A stretch of 58,061 nt of DNA from a virus (IMGVR_UViG_3300036826_000378:1-58061); one strand, 5' to 3'; counted from the stretch's first letter, positions 34,859 to 44,784 are shown. The notes: generated from the sequence alone by a model not told the origin. Numbers and translations: made by a program.

Positions 34859-35187
34859 TGGCAACAGAGAAGAAGGCGACCGCGGAGGTCACCGAGAAGC
34901 CCGCAGACGAGCCCAAGGCCGCCGAAGAGGCCCGGCCGGTGGTGGAGCCCAAGGCGTCGGCCGCGGAGGTCGACCAGGGCCCCTTCACTGCCCTTGCCAC
35001 CTTCCTGCGCAACGGCGAAGAGGTCGAGGTCGGGGAGACGATCACCTTCGGGAAGGGCGAGGCCGACCACGTGAGGGAGCTCCTGGGCATGGGAGTCCTG
35101 CATTCCGGCGGCGGCGCCGACGCGCGCAAGGCCGTGGAGAGCGCCGAGGCAGCGCGGGACATCGCACGTCACACGCCGCCGAGCTGA
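34858..35187 (+). CDS. hypothetical virion-associated protein
   Basis: SD AGGAG, TGATG overlap. Confidence 0.7.
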   Translation: MATEKKATAEVTEKPADEPKAAEEARPVVEPKASAAEVDQGPFTALATFLRNGEEVEVGETITFGKGEADHVRELLGMGVLHSGGGADARKAVESAEAARDIARHTPPS

Positions 35188-35195
35188 GGTAGCCG

Positions 35196-35459
35196 ATGGC
35201 GGCCGAGTCCGTCAACGGCTGGCTGATGCAGCTCACCGGACAGACCGGGGAGTCCGCTGTCCAGACCTACGCCAAGTGGGCGAGTCTGACAGTGGGCTCC
35301 GACGACTCGCTGTACCGCCTGGTGAACCGGAAGCTCGTGGCCAATGGGAAGTCGGCGCAGGTGAGAGAGAGCTTGGAGGCAACGCTTGCGGCTGGCGGCG
35401 CGGTCGGAGAGAGCGTCGAAGAGATGCTTGCGAAGACAGGGCTCACGGGCTGGTCGTAG
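35196..35459 (+). CDS. hypothetical protein
   Basis: SD GAGG. Confidence 0.65.
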   Translation: MAAESVNGWLMQLTGQTGESAVQTYAKWASLTVGSDDSLYRLVNRKLVANGKSAQVRESLEATLAAGGAVGESVEEMLAKTGLTGWS

Positions 35460-35496
35460 GTAACGGCAAGTCACTTCTCCTGAGAGGGTTGCTGCG

Positions 35497-36312
35497 ATGT
35501 CCGACCGTCCCCACCGCCTGTTCGACGTAGTTCGGCTGCCGTTCCGGCGGGGGCGCGTTCTCTGGACACGCGACACTGGCGATGCGTACCAACTGCTGAG
35601 GTTTCAGTCGCATCTCCAGGCTGAGATCCGGCGTCGCAATGGGCTGATCGAACACCGCGATCTCGGCTCCGGTCTCGTCACGAACGTCGGCGTCATGGCG
35701 CTCGCCAACGATCCGTCGTGGGCCCAGAACGCTCAGACGCTGAAGCTGGCCAACTGGCACGCGACCGGCACCGGTGTGACGGGCGCCGCGGCGACCGATG
35801 TGGCGCTCCAGGCACTCGCATCGCCGACGACCGCCAACGCCGTTGCGGGAACGCAGAGCCTCGTCTCGGCGGCGAACTCGCAGACGTACAAGACGGTCGC
35901 GACGATCAACTACACGAGCACGCTGGCGATCACCGAATGGGGCCTTCACACGGCTCAGGTGCTCTCGGCGACCACAGGTACGCCGTTCACTGCAACCACG
36001 GCCACCAGCGCGACCGCAACCGGCACTCCGTACTCGGCCAGCTCGGGCACAGTCCAGGGCGAGCAGCAGCTCATCGTGGTCCCGGGCACAACGACCGTCT
36101 ACGGGCTGGTCCTCTCGAACACGACTTCGGTCCTCTCGATCCCAGCCTGGTACAAGATCGCTGACGGCACCGCTGGCAGCACGCCGGGCGCGACAGAGGC
36201 GTTCGCGCTCAAGCCGGTGTTGTGGGACCACAAGGTCTTCTCGGCGATCAATGTGAACTCGGGCGACAGCATCCAGTTCCAGTACAGCTTGCTTTGCAAC
36301 AGCGGAGGCTGA
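35497..36312 (+). CDS. virion structural protein with internal Thr-rich insert
   Basis: LVTNVG, ATGTG, AITEWGL ... WDHKVFSAINV.SGDSIQF.Y. Confidence 0.75.
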   Translation: MSDRPHRLFDVVRLPFRRGRVLWTRDTGDAYQLLRFQSHLQAEIRRRNGLIEHRDLGSGLVTNVGVMALANDPSWAQNAQTLKLANWHATGTGVTGAAATDVALQALASPTTANAVAGTQSLVSAANSQTYKTVATINYTSTLAITEWGLHTAQVLSATTGTPFTATTATSATATGTPYSASSGTVQGEQQLIVVPGTTTVYGLVLSNTTSVLSIPAWYKIADGTAGSTPGATEAFALKPVLWDHKVFSAINVNSGDSIQFQYSLLCNSGG

Positions 36313-36315
36313 GCA

Positions 36316-36597
36316 GTGGCTGAGTACCATCCCTACACCGTCCTCCGCGAGATGCACCACTTGGCCGAGGCTGAGCACGAGCACTTCGGAGTGCGCGAGG
36401 GCGACCCCGACTCCGCGCCGGTGGACCAGCACGTCTCGCTTGGGATGCGCCCGAACGAGCACCAAGTCGGTCTGTACCTGCCAGGGCAGACGATCCACCT
36501 CACGGACGAGCAGGCCGAGGAGATGATCGCTCAGCGCAAGGTCGCACCGCGCGGCGCCACGGTGCGCTACGAGATGCGCCTCGACTCGGAGCTCTGA
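36316..36597 (+). CDS. small hypothetical virion-associated protein
   Basis: SD GGAGG. Confidence 0.7.
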   Translation: MAEYHPYTVLREMHHLAEAEHEHFGVREGDPDSAPVDQHVSLGMRPNEHQVGLYLPGQTIHLTDEQAEEMIAQRKVAPRGATVRYEMRLDSEL

Positions 36598-36600
36598 CGG

Positions 36601-37341
36601 GTGACGGAGATCATCCGGCCGAGCGGCATCCTCATCAACCGCTCGGGCCAGAACCTCCACGTCTGGGGTCCTCCGTCCTACTGGCCGGCATCGGAACGCA
36701 ACCTCCCGACGGTCGTGGGGCCGTTCGCGCGGGTCAACGAGTGGCTGGAGGAGATCGGCGTCCTCCGCGACGGCGTCAAGCTGATCGGCGGCGGCACCGG
36801 CTTCTCGTTCGAGCAGGTGGTCCAGGCGATCGACGCAGACGGGCCCTCGCTGGCCGCCGGCTCAGAGACCGCGCTGGCGACCACGATCACGTTCCTGGGC
36901 AGCGGCACCGGCACCGGTGCCGGCGGCTTCTGGACGTCGGGAAAGACGCTCGGCATCCACTTCCGCGGCGCGATCAGCAGCGCGGGCTCCTCGCCGGGGA
37001 ACTTCAACCTGAACCTCCGACAGACATCCACGGCAGGCACGAGCGCGGGTGCCCAGAGTGCGTACACGCTGGCCAACTCCCTGTCCTCCTCGCCGGTTTC
37101 CCTCGACGCCTATCTCACATGCCGGGTCGACGGTAGCGGCGGCAACGTCGAAGCGTGTGTGACGTACATGCCCGGCGCAACCCCATCATCCGGTACGAAC
37201 GTGGCGCAGCTCGCGCGCGCCAACATCGGCTCGTTCGACACCACGGCGAACCAGCTCTTTGTGGTCTCGGGCCTGTTCTCCGCCTGGGCCAGCGGCGACA
37301 GCGCCATCGCCAAGCTGTTCATCGTCGAAGTCCTGAACTGA
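36601..37341 (+). CDS. Gly/Ser-rich virion protein
   Basis: composition and position. Confidence 0.7.
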   Translation: MTEIIRPSGILINRSGQNLHVWGPPSYWPASERNLPTVVGPFARVNEWLEEIGVLRDGVKLIGGGTGFSFEQVVQAIDADGPSLAAGSETALATTITFLGSGTGTGAGGFWTSGKTLGIHFRGAISSAGSSPGNFNLNLRQTSTAGTSAGAQSAYTLANSLSSSPVSLDAYLTCRVDGSGGNVEACVTYMPGATPSSGTNVAQLARANIGSFDTTANQLFVVSGLFSAWASGDSAIAKLFIVEVLN

Positions 37342-37354
37342 GGGGGCCCCCGAG

Positions 37355-38104
37355 ATGGGCTTGATCCAGCAGGGGCACAACGAAGTCGCTGGGGCCGGCT
37401 CGGTCGCTCTGACCCTGGGTTCGCCCGTGTCGGTGAACAACCGGCTGGTCATCTGGGTCTACACCTACGGCGCCGGGATCACGCTGACGAAGGTCTCGGA
37501 CGGCCTGAACAATCAGGGTGCCACCTCCGGACAGTACGACCAAGTTGTCGTCACGGCGGACACCTTCAATGGTCACCTGTACGGTTTGACGGCTCCCGTT
37601 ACGGCCGGCGGCTCCGACCTCATTACAGCGACCGCAAGCGGCAGCGCATCGTACCTGTCGATGTGGGCTGGCGAGTACGACAACCTCGGAAACACAGTCG
37701 GCTCCACCGCGTGGGACGTCACGTCGGTCAATCACGGCACCATCGCCACGAGCATGGGGACCGGCACCACGGGCGCTGTGACCGCCGCTGGGGAGACTGC
37801 GATCGCGGCGTTCGGCGATACGTATGTCGGAGGCACCGGGACGGCGGTCACCAGCCCAGGCGGATGGAACGAGAGATTCAACGATACGCTCACTGTGACC
37901 AACGCGATCCCGTTGGTCGTGGTGGACAAGCCGGTCTCCAACGGTTCGACCGTCTCCGCGGACTGGACCTACGTGACCGCAGACGGCAGTAACACCTTTG
38001 CTGCCGCGGTCATCGTGTTCACGACCACCATCATCGTGCCACCGCTGGTGGGCGGCTTCGGCGGGCCGCTGGCCGACATCACTGGCGGCTACTGGATGAC
38101 CTGA
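37355..38104 (+). CDS. Thr/Gly-rich beta-strand virion protein
   Basis: composition and position. Confidence 0.7.
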   Translation: MGLIQQGHNEVAGAGSVALTLGSPVSVNNRLVIWVYTYGAGITLTKVSDGLNNQGATSGQYDQVVVTADTFNGHLYGLTAPVTAGGSDLITATASGSASYLSMWAGEYDNLGNTVGSTAWDVTSVNHGTIATSMGTGTTGAVTAAGETAIAAFGDTYVGGTGTAVTSPGGWNERFNDTLTVTNAIPLVVVDKPVSNGSTVSADWTYVTADGSNTFAAAVIVFTTTIIVPPLVGGFGGPLADITGGYWMT

Positions 38105-40374
38105 TGTCGACGGTCGTTCCCTCCAGCACACTCGGACCGATCCCGGGCGCCAGCGGCGGCGCGACGCAGGGCCACCTCGTTTACGGTCAGTACAGCGGAC
38201 GCTGGTGGTTCTTCACCTTCGGTGGCGTGCTCGACAGCGGCACTGCGACCGGCACCGGGCAAAGCACTGCCCAGCTCAGGGACAGCAGCAAGAGCTGGAC
38301 GTCGAACCAGTTCCTTGCCGCATCCTGCGTCCTCACGGGCGGGGCCGGTGCTGGCCAGGTGTTCGAGATTGGCCCGAACACCTCCGACACCCTCCCTGTG
38401 CAGAACAACGGATCGGCGAGCCCGCCTCAGCCCGGTCTCCCCACCGCTCCGGTGGCCGGTTCCACCACCTACCAGATCGTCGAGACGCGCAACGTCAAGG
38501 CGTACGTCTCGTCGGGCCCCGACCTTTCCACGGCCACCTGGGCGCTGGCCATCGGCGCCGCCACGCCGGACATCGCGAACAACACCGGCATCGACATGAG
38601 CGGTGGAGAGAACGACAGCGGACGGTCCGGAGAGTTCCCGACCGATGGCCGCTTGCTTGCGGTCGGCTACGCGCCACTCAACGGCGTGGACGTTGTAGTG
38701 CTCCTGACGCAGCAGAACCTCCACTGGGAGCACATCACGTGCCGCGGGCGCCTCGGCATTGGCACGGCCGATACGGTGGTCTGGGACGTAACCGGTCCTA
38801 CTACGTGGGAAGACAGGTTCCCCGGGAACGAGTGCACGCCTGACTCACTTCAGGCGTTGGCAATCGCCTGCTCAAACTCCGGCCGCTGGCACAGCCTCCA
38901 GGGACAGAACCAGTTCGACATCGTGGGTTACCCCTCGACCGTCATCGACAGCGGCGCTTCCAGCATGGCCATGAGCTGGGGAGGCACCCGTGCCTCGTTC
39001 GACCAGAACGTGCCGTTCCTGCCGTGGCAGGCCGGTCTGGCGAGGCTCTCCGCGGGCTTCATGTTGGCGGTCTACAACGACGGGACGTACGACGGCAGCT
39101 TCGGCGCTGGCGTCACCCACCAGACCGGGCTGCGGTACGCCGAGTCGAGCTCCGAGAGTCTGTGGCCGACGACTCAGACCGGGGTCAAGATCCCCAACCT
39201 GAGCGCGGCGTCCCAGCACCCAAACGACTGGGGCATGGTCGGCGTCAACCTGAACGACGTCCACGTTGTCCGGCGCAACTCCGCGACGACCATCGAGCAC
39301 ATCCGCTACAGCGGCCACGGCGGCTCCTGGGGCGCCCTCGTCAACCTTCCGACCTCCGGGTTGACCGGACACTTCCAGGGCAGCGGTCTCCCGCTCGTGA
39401 CGGACGGCACCAACGTCTGGTGCTTCGCGATCGACACCGACGGATCCAACTCCGTCCGTTACGTGAAGTGGACGCCAGCAGGCGGCTGGGACAGCTCCTG
39501 GTCGACGCTCTCGACCGGCTCCGAGAGCAAGAACTTCCTCACGGCGACGGTGCGCGGTGACGGCAAGCAAATCGGAGTCGCTTGGACGACCCCGAACAGC
39601 ACCGGATTCAGCGGGCCGCCGGCCTACCAAGTCAACGTGGCGGCGCTGCTGCTGCCCGACCTGCCGTCCGCGGGCGCCGTGGGGCGCACCGACCCGGCCC
39701 TTTCGCCGCAACTGCTGCCAGGCTCGCCCTACGCCTACATGCTGTGGCGACCCCCGTTCGTGCAGACCGGGAACCGGGCCGCCCAGGCGCTCCAGCAGCC
39801 ACTCTCGGCGGGACTGAGCTTCGTCGGAGCGCGCACCAGCACCGTGGCGAAAGGACTGGCGGCGGCGGCCCTGAGCTTCACTGGAGCGCAGGCGCGACAG
39901 ACCGGCAAGGGCGTCACCGGCGGCCTGTCCTTCGCCAGCTCCGAGGGGCATTCAGTCTCGAAGGGCCTGGCCGCAGGGTTGTCGTTCACCGGCGCGGCCG
40001 CGCGTGCGATCACCAAGAGCGGCTTCGCCGCCGCGGTCAGCTTTGCCGGCTCTCTGACCTCCGGTCGTCAGGTCGCCGTGGCTCTGAGCAGCGCGCTCTC
40101 GTTCACCGGGAGCCAGGCGCGTGCCGTGCAGAAGGGCGTCGTCGGCGGCCTCTCGTTCGCGAGCTCGCGCGTGACGGTCGCGGCCCGGGCGCTCACCGCC
40201 GGCCTGACCTTCAGCGGATTCCTCGGGAGACGGTTTCCCAAGACGCTCTCGGCGGGACTCTCGTTCACGGCCAGCCTGGGCACCGCCTTCGTCCTCGGCG
40301 GCAGCCACGTGGCGAAGATGGTCGTCAACTGGTTCTTCCGGGACGGGAAGCTGAACTGGCCGTTCCGGAGCTGA
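38104..40374 (+). CDS. large virion fibre protein: propeller-like N-part, C-terminal ~19-20 aa LSF repeats
   Basis: about nine (G/A)LSF.G....R...K repeats at 39800-40290. Confidence 0.75.
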   Translation: MSTVVPSSTLGPIPGASGGATQGHLVYGQYSGRWWFFTFGGVLDSGTATGTGQSTAQLRDSSKSWTSNQFLAASCVLTGGAGAGQVFEIGPNTSDTLPVQNNGSASPPQPGLPTAPVAGSTTYQIVETRNVKAYVSSGPDLSTATWALAIGAATPDIANNTGIDMSGGENDSGRSGEFPTDGRLLAVGYAPLNGVDVVVLLTQQNLHWEHITCRGRLGIGTADTVVWDVTGPTTWEDRFPGNECTPDSLQALAIACSNSGRWHSLQGQNQFDIVGYPSTVIDSGASSMAMSWGGTRASFDQNVPFLPWQAGLARLSAGFMLAVYNDGTYDGSFGAGVTHQTGLRYAESSSESLWPTTQTGVKIPNLSAASQHPNDWGMVGVNLNDVHVVRRNSATTIEHIRYSGHGGSWGALVNLPTSGLTGHFQGSGLPLVTDGTNVWCFAIDTDGSNSVRYVKWTPAGGWDSSWSTLSTGSESKNFLTATVRGDGKQIGVAWTTPNSTGFSGPPAYQVNVAALLLPDLPSAGAVGRTDPALSPQLLPGSPYAYMLWRPPFVQTGNRAAQALQQPLSAGLSFVGARTSTVAKGLAAAALSFTGAQARQTGKGVTGGLSFASSEGHSVSKGLAAGLSFTGAAARAITKSGFAAAVSFAGSLTSGRQVAVALSSALSFTGSQARAVQKGVVGGLSFASSRVTVAARALTAGLTFSGFLGRRFPKTLSAGLSFTASLGTAFVLGGSHVAKMVVNWFFRDGKLNWPFRS

Positions 40375-40413
40375 GCCTGGCAAGCCGTTCAGCTCAACAG
40401 CGTTGTCTCCGGC

Positions 40414-40743
40414 ATGACCTACGGGCCCGTGACGCAAGGCGAGAACTTCCAGTTCACCGGGCTGCTCCAGCTCGACACGGGGGAGCCGTTGATCGGAGCG
40501 GTCAGTGGCCAGCTCGTCTTCGCGCCGGTGATCGGCGAGCCGGCGACGAACCAGCGCTTCGCTGCCACCGGCGCCTTCACCATCACCAACTCCGAGACGG
40601 GCGCCTACACGTTCACCGCCTCGCCTTCTGACCTCACCAGGCTGCTCGCCGGCCATTGGGTCATGCAGGTGGCGGCGACCCTCTCCAGCGGCCAGGAACG
40701 CCTCAGCTCGAAGATGCAGCTCTGGGTGCTCGCGCCGCTCTGA
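40414..40743 (+). CDS. small Ig/BppU-like virion protein
   Basis: G.Y.F....DL....G.W..QV pattern. Confidence 0.6.
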   Translation: MTYGPVTQGENFQFTGLLQLDTGEPLIGAVSGQLVFAPVIGEPATNQRFAATGAFTITNSETGAYTFTASPSDLTRLLAGHWVMQVAATLSSGQERLSSKMQLWVLAPL

Positions 40744-40775
40744 GGGCAATGGGCTCTCGACAGTAGGACTGTCTC

Positions 40776-41426
40776 ATGCCCGATCCGCTGGCCGGCTTCA
40801 CCTACCCGCAGCCCAACTGGCCGTACCCCACGGGGTACGCCACGGTGGAGGACGTCCAGTCGCGCATCAACGCGGGCGTATGGGACCCAAGCAAGCCGAC
40901 CGCCGCCCCCAACACCGAACAGGTGCAGCAGTGGTTGATGGAGGCGACGGCCAACGTCGACGTGGCGCTGCGCACGCGCGGGTACTTCGTGCCCTTGCAG
41001 CCGTCCACAGGTTGGGCGGCGCCGCCAGGCATGGCGAGTCAGCTCTACCAGGGCATCGGACTGGGCGCGTGGTTGCAGCTCAAGAACATCTGCGCCTGTT
41101 ACGCAGCCCACTTCGTACAGCTCTCGCGCTACGGCACCCACAGCGCGAACAAGGACACCCACGCCGAAGAGTTCATGGCGATCTTCGATGACTTCCTCAC
41201 TCGCATCGAGTCGGCCGCCGACAACCTCATCGCCTTCGGAGTGGGCGGCGACTTCCCCCCGGAGATCGACATTGCGAAGGGCGCCCAGACGGGAAGCCTT
41301 GGCGCAACGCTGGCCGATCCCACTTCCATGCAAGGGCCGATCTTCACCAAGGGAATGCCCCTCGGGTCCGGTTACGAACAGCTTTCGCCGTCGGGCCCGC
41401 CTGGCAGCACGGGATCTGGTATCTGA
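40776..41426 (+). CDS. head-tail adaptor/completion protein
   Basis: YATVEDV...EATANVD..L..GY.VPL pattern. Confidence 0.7.
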   Translation: MPDPLAGFTYPQPNWPYPTGYATVEDVQSRINAGVWDPSKPTAAPNTEQVQQWLMEATANVDVALRTRGYFVPLQPSTGWAAPPGMASQLYQGIGLGAWLQLKNICACYAAHFVQLSRYGTHSANKDTHAEEFMAIFDDFLTRIESAADNLIAFGVGGDFPPEIDIAKGAQTGSLGATLADPTSMQGPIFTKGMPLGSGYEQLSPSGPPGSTGSGI

Positions 41427-41427
41427 G

Positions 41428-41607
41428 ATGGCTCGGAACACAAGCAAGCACGGCGCAAGCCACACTCCTCGGAAGCGAAGCACTACACCTCGCCATCTGA
41501 GCGATGAGGCGCGCGCACACATGTCGGCGGCTCGAAAGGGAAAGCCGCATCCACACAAGGGCTATAAGGGCCCGCGCAAGCCCTACAAGAAGAAGACCTG
41601 TCCTTGA
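41428..41607 (+). CDS. 59-aa highly basic protein with NUMOD3-like motif
   Basis: HLSDEARAHMSAARKGK; ATG 1 nt after upstream stop; TTGA overlap downstream. Confidence 0.65.
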   Translation: MARNTSKHGASHTPRKRSTTPRHLSDEARAHMSAARKGKPHPHKGYKGPRKPYKKKTCP

Positions 41608-42110
41608 TCTCCGTCGACATCATCGGTCTGCGCGATCTCCGGGGCCGCTTCGCCGCCATGCTGGACGAGGAGCTGGTCGCCATTCAGTTCGAGGAAGCGA
41701 CTGCGATGGCGGACGTGATCGAGCAAATCTTCCAGCGGCGGGCGCCGCGCGGCGAGAAGACCAGCACGGAGACGGGTCGGCACTTCTACGAGGGCATCAA
41801 GGCCCAGGCGACCGCGGAGGGCTTTGGCTTCTCGATCGAGGTGGACACCGACAACCCTAACCTCCGGCGGTGGCTGGCGGAAGGCACCGGCATCTACGCG
41901 GGCCAGGGCCGGATCTACGCCAGCAGCGGCGGAGCGCTCGGACCGATCACGAGCTGGTCGAAGGGCGGCAGCGGGCCGTACTTCTTCCGTTCCATCGCTG
42001 GCATGGAGGCCAACCCCTGGGAGAAGGACGCCGACGAGGAGGCCGCTCCCTTCGCCGTGGAGCTTGGCCGGCGGATCGGACAGCGGGTGGTCGTGGCTCT
42101 GGCGCTGTAG
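41604..42110 (+). CDS. HK97 gp10-like neck/tail completion protein
   Basis: RAP...TG, LAEGT, GMEANP motifs. Confidence 0.7.
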   Translation: MISVDIIGLRDLRGRFAAMLDEELVAIQFEEATAMADVIEQIFQRRAPRGEKTSTETGRHFYEGIKAQATAEGFGFSIEVDTDNPNLRRWLAEGTGIYAGQGRIYASSGGALGPITSWSKGGSGPYFFRSIAGMEANPWEKDADEEAAPFAVELGRRIGQRVVVALAL

Positions 42111-42713
42111 ATGGCCCAGGAGCCCCGTACCGGATCCCTGGAGCAGGTGTTGCGCTGCCTGCGGCTCTTGGCGCTCTCGCCGGCCTTCACGTTGGAGATG
42201 GACGCCGTGATCGCCTCCATGGGCACCGGCGCCTTCGTGCCGGCCAACCTCGTGGACGCGCATGGAAGCAGCTTCTCCCTGCCGGGCCTGGTCGACGCCG
42301 AGTTCGGTGATCCAGGGGGGTGGGTCTCGACTGCCTTCCAGGAGGTGACGTACTCGACGGCGCTGGTGCCGCTGCCGCCGTTCCCGCGGCTCCAGTTGTT
42401 CGGCATCCCGGGCCGGCTGGAGCCAAGCGAGGTGCTCGATACCGAACTGGCGGAGGGTTGGGTCTACACGATCGATGCGATCGTGGTGGAGGGGAACGAC
42501 CGCGCGGACCCGGCACTGCGCAGCGCCCTGGCGCTCATGGATGGCTTCGAGCGTCTTGTGCGCCGCAACGCACCGTCTCTCGGCGGCCTCGTGCAGTTGA
42601 TTACGGTGGAGGGGCCAGCGGCGCCGGGTGGGCCCGTAGAGGCTGACAAGGCGGGCATTGTGGCCGGCGTCATGCAACGCTTTCGAGTCATCTCGCTCCG
42701 CGCCCTCGTCTGA
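42111..42713 (+). CDS. putative tail terminator
   Basis: synteny; NAPSLGGLV motif. Confidence 0.6.
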   Translation: MAQEPRTGSLEQVLRCLRLLALSPAFTLEMDAVIASMGTGAFVPANLVDAHGSSFSLPGLVDAEFGDPGGWVSTAFQEVTYSTALVPLPPFPRLQLFGIPGRLEPSEVLDTELAEGWVYTIDAIVVEGNDRADPALRSALALMDGFERLVRRNAPSLGGLVQLITVEGPAAPGGPVEADKAGIVAGVMQRFRVISLRALV

Positions 42714-42769
42714 GGGCTCTCGCGCGCCACAGCCGGGGCAATTCCTCGCACGCGGGAACTTGCCCTCCG

Positions 42770-43231
42770 ATGCGGAATCGGACGGCAGAAGGGCCCTTCC
42801 TGCGCTCCAAGGTCAAGCCGCTCTCGGTCAAGAAGTCGCAGTGCTTCCTGATCCTCATGCGGAATCTCACCCCTGGAGAGCAGCAGGGCAAGTGGCAGCC
42901 TATCTCAACCAACGGCTTTCGAGTCGTTTGCCCCAGTCGACTCGAAGCGTGCGAGTGCGTATGGATGGTGGGGGGCGCTCTCTACCCGCGACCGCGCCAT
43001 CTCACATCCGCGACCGAGGACGCGGACTTCGCGTATCTGCGCTGGCTGCTCGACCACCATTTTCGCATCGTGCCCCACACAGCAGGCGGTGCGATGGAGG
43101 TGTGGTTCAGCGACTTCATCAGGGGCTGGTATCCGTCCGCCGAGGACATCCCTGGCGCCACGGCACCGATCCCCGACAGCGCTCGCGCCATGGCAGAAGC
43201 AGCGTTGCGGTTCAACTGGGAAGGCCGATGA
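42770..43231 (+). CDS. hypothetical non-structural-looking protein
   Basis: ATG 33 nt after GGCAA. Confidence 0.6.
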   Translation: MRNRTAEGPFLRSKVKPLSVKKSQCFLILMRNLTPGEQQGKWQPISTNGFRVVCPSRLEACECVWMVGGALYPRPRHLTSATEDADFAYLRWLLDHHFRIVPHTAGGAMEVWFSDFIRGWYPSAEDIPGATAPIPDSARAMAEAALRFNWEGR

Positions 43232-43807
43232 GTGTGCAGACCGCCGCGCGTACTCGTCGCCACATGCTTGCTGGAGTCGCTCTGGCCACACATGGCGATC
43301 TGGGAGCACGGGCTTCGCGCGCAGCAGACGGAGCTGCTGTGGGACGTCGCGGTGGTCGATGGCACGGATGCCCCCAGTCCTGGCTATACCGATCGCCTGT
43401 ACGACTGGGCGCGGAGCCGACCGTTCGGGGAGAAGCACCGTGTGCGCTTGCTGCGCGTCGGCTTGGAGGCCGAGGGCATGATGTTCGCGCACTCCGGCTG
43501 GAAGCTGGCACGCGCGCGGCAGCTCCTCTGGTCGAAGTTCACCTGCTGGTCTTCGTACGACTACCTGTTCACCGCGGCGCTCGACGTGGGGCTGCCGCCG
43601 AACACGCTGCAAGCGCTACACCGCGCCGCGGCGCCCTGGGCGGTGGCGTTCACCCCGGACGCCACGCCACATCCCCTGCGCCTGTCCCTCCTTCACGGCG
43701 AGCTGGTGCGAGAGGTCCCGTTCCAAGCGGCCCAGGAGAGCGATCTCGACTACTGCCGCGCCTGCGCCGCGAAGGGCGTGTACCCGGCGCTCGTGCTCGT
43801 GACGTGA
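43232..43807 (+). CDS. GT-A (family 2-like) glycosyltransferase, degenerate
   Basis: RVLVAT, VAVVDG, LARAR, YDYLFTAALDV, ESDLDYC...G. Confidence 0.55.
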   Translation: MCRPPRVLVATCLLESLWPHMAIWEHGLRAQQTELLWDVAVVDGTDAPSPGYTDRLYDWARSRPFGEKHRVRLLRVGLEAEGMMFAHSGWKLARARQLLWSKFTCWSSYDYLFTAALDVGLPPNTLQALHRAAAPWAVAFTPDATPHPLRLSLLHGELVREVPFQAAQESDLDYCRACAAKGVYPALVLVT

Positions 43808-43834
43808 TCCCCATGAGGAGGAGCTGATCTACCC

Positions 43835-44719
43835 GTGAGCGTCAACACCGTAAAGATCCGCCTCGGCGCCTGCGACCAGATGACCATGTACGCGGGCACG
43901 CTCAACGCGCTGGATCTCGGAGCCTCCGCGGGAGGAGCCGAACTCAGCTACAACCCCACGGTGTTGCTGGTCGAGATCGACCAGACGCCGATGCCGGTGA
44001 CCGCGTTCCGGACGAAGGAGGAGCTCCTCTTCGACGTCGCCATCGTGCAGTTCCAGATGAACCTGCTGTCGTTCGCCTGGGCCTACGCCAGCAGCACGGT
44101 CAGCAACGTCACCACAACATCCTCCGCGGCGCTCACTCCACCAACCGGCGGTACCGCGACCACGGTGGGCACGGCGGGGAGCACCACCTACACGTACGAG
44201 TGGGTCGCGTTCTGCTCGACTGGCGACTCGGTTCCCGGCACGACCTTCTCGGACACCACTGGGCCGACGACGCTCAGCTCGACCAACTACGTCCAGATCA
44301 CGGCGCCGTCGGCCGTGCCTGGGGCGGTTGGCTACAAGCTGGTCCGGACGGTGGGAGGTAGCAGCCAGGGCCTCATCGCCACCTTCTACGGTCTGCCGCC
44401 GACGGTCAACGACACCGGCCTGACCGCGACTGCGTACTCCGCGTCGGGCTCCAACCCGACCGCGCCGAACAGCGATGCGTCGTTCCTCGGCGGCACGGTC
44501 ACCGTGCCCAACGGCACGTTCGACTTCGCGGTGCCGAAGAACGACGGCACATCCAACCACCTGCGTGGCCATCTCCGGAAGGTGGTCAGCTCGAAGGCGA
44601 CCAAGCTCGGCTTCATGCGCGACAAGATTACCGAGGCATCCAAGCTCAGCCTGGCCTGCCTCGCCGACATGACGCAGACCGTCGGCCAGCAGGCCGGCTA
44701 CATCGTCGAGGAATACTAG
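43835..44719 (+). CDS. major tail tube protein with inserted beta-sandwich domain
   Basis: IRLG, DLG...GG..L.Y.P, synteny before chaperone and TMP; SD GAGGAGG. Confidence 0.8.
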   Translation: MSVNTVKIRLGACDQMTMYAGTLNALDLGASAGGAELSYNPTVLLVEIDQTPMPVTAFRTKEELLFDVAIVQFQMNLLSFAWAYASSTVSNVTTTSSAALTPPTGGTATTVGTAGSTTYTYEWVAFCSTGDSVPGTTFSDTTGPTTLSSTNYVQITAPSAVPGAVGYKLVRTVGGSSQGLIATFYGLPPTVNDTGLTATAYSASGSNPTAPNSDASFLGGTVTVPNGTFDFAVPKNDGTSNHLRGHLRKVVSSKATKLGFMRDKITEASKLSLACLADMTQTVGQQAGYIVEEY

Positions 44720-44753
44720 CTCGCGCTAGTCCGTAGGATCTCCTCTCTCCCGC

Positions 44754-44784
44754 CTCCCCTGCCGGCGCTGCGCCGGCAGGGGAG
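44754..44784 (+). terminator. 14-bp GC hairpin after the tail tube gene
   Basis: CTCCCCTGCCGGCG-CTG-CGCCGGCAGGGGAG. Confidence 0.6.
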
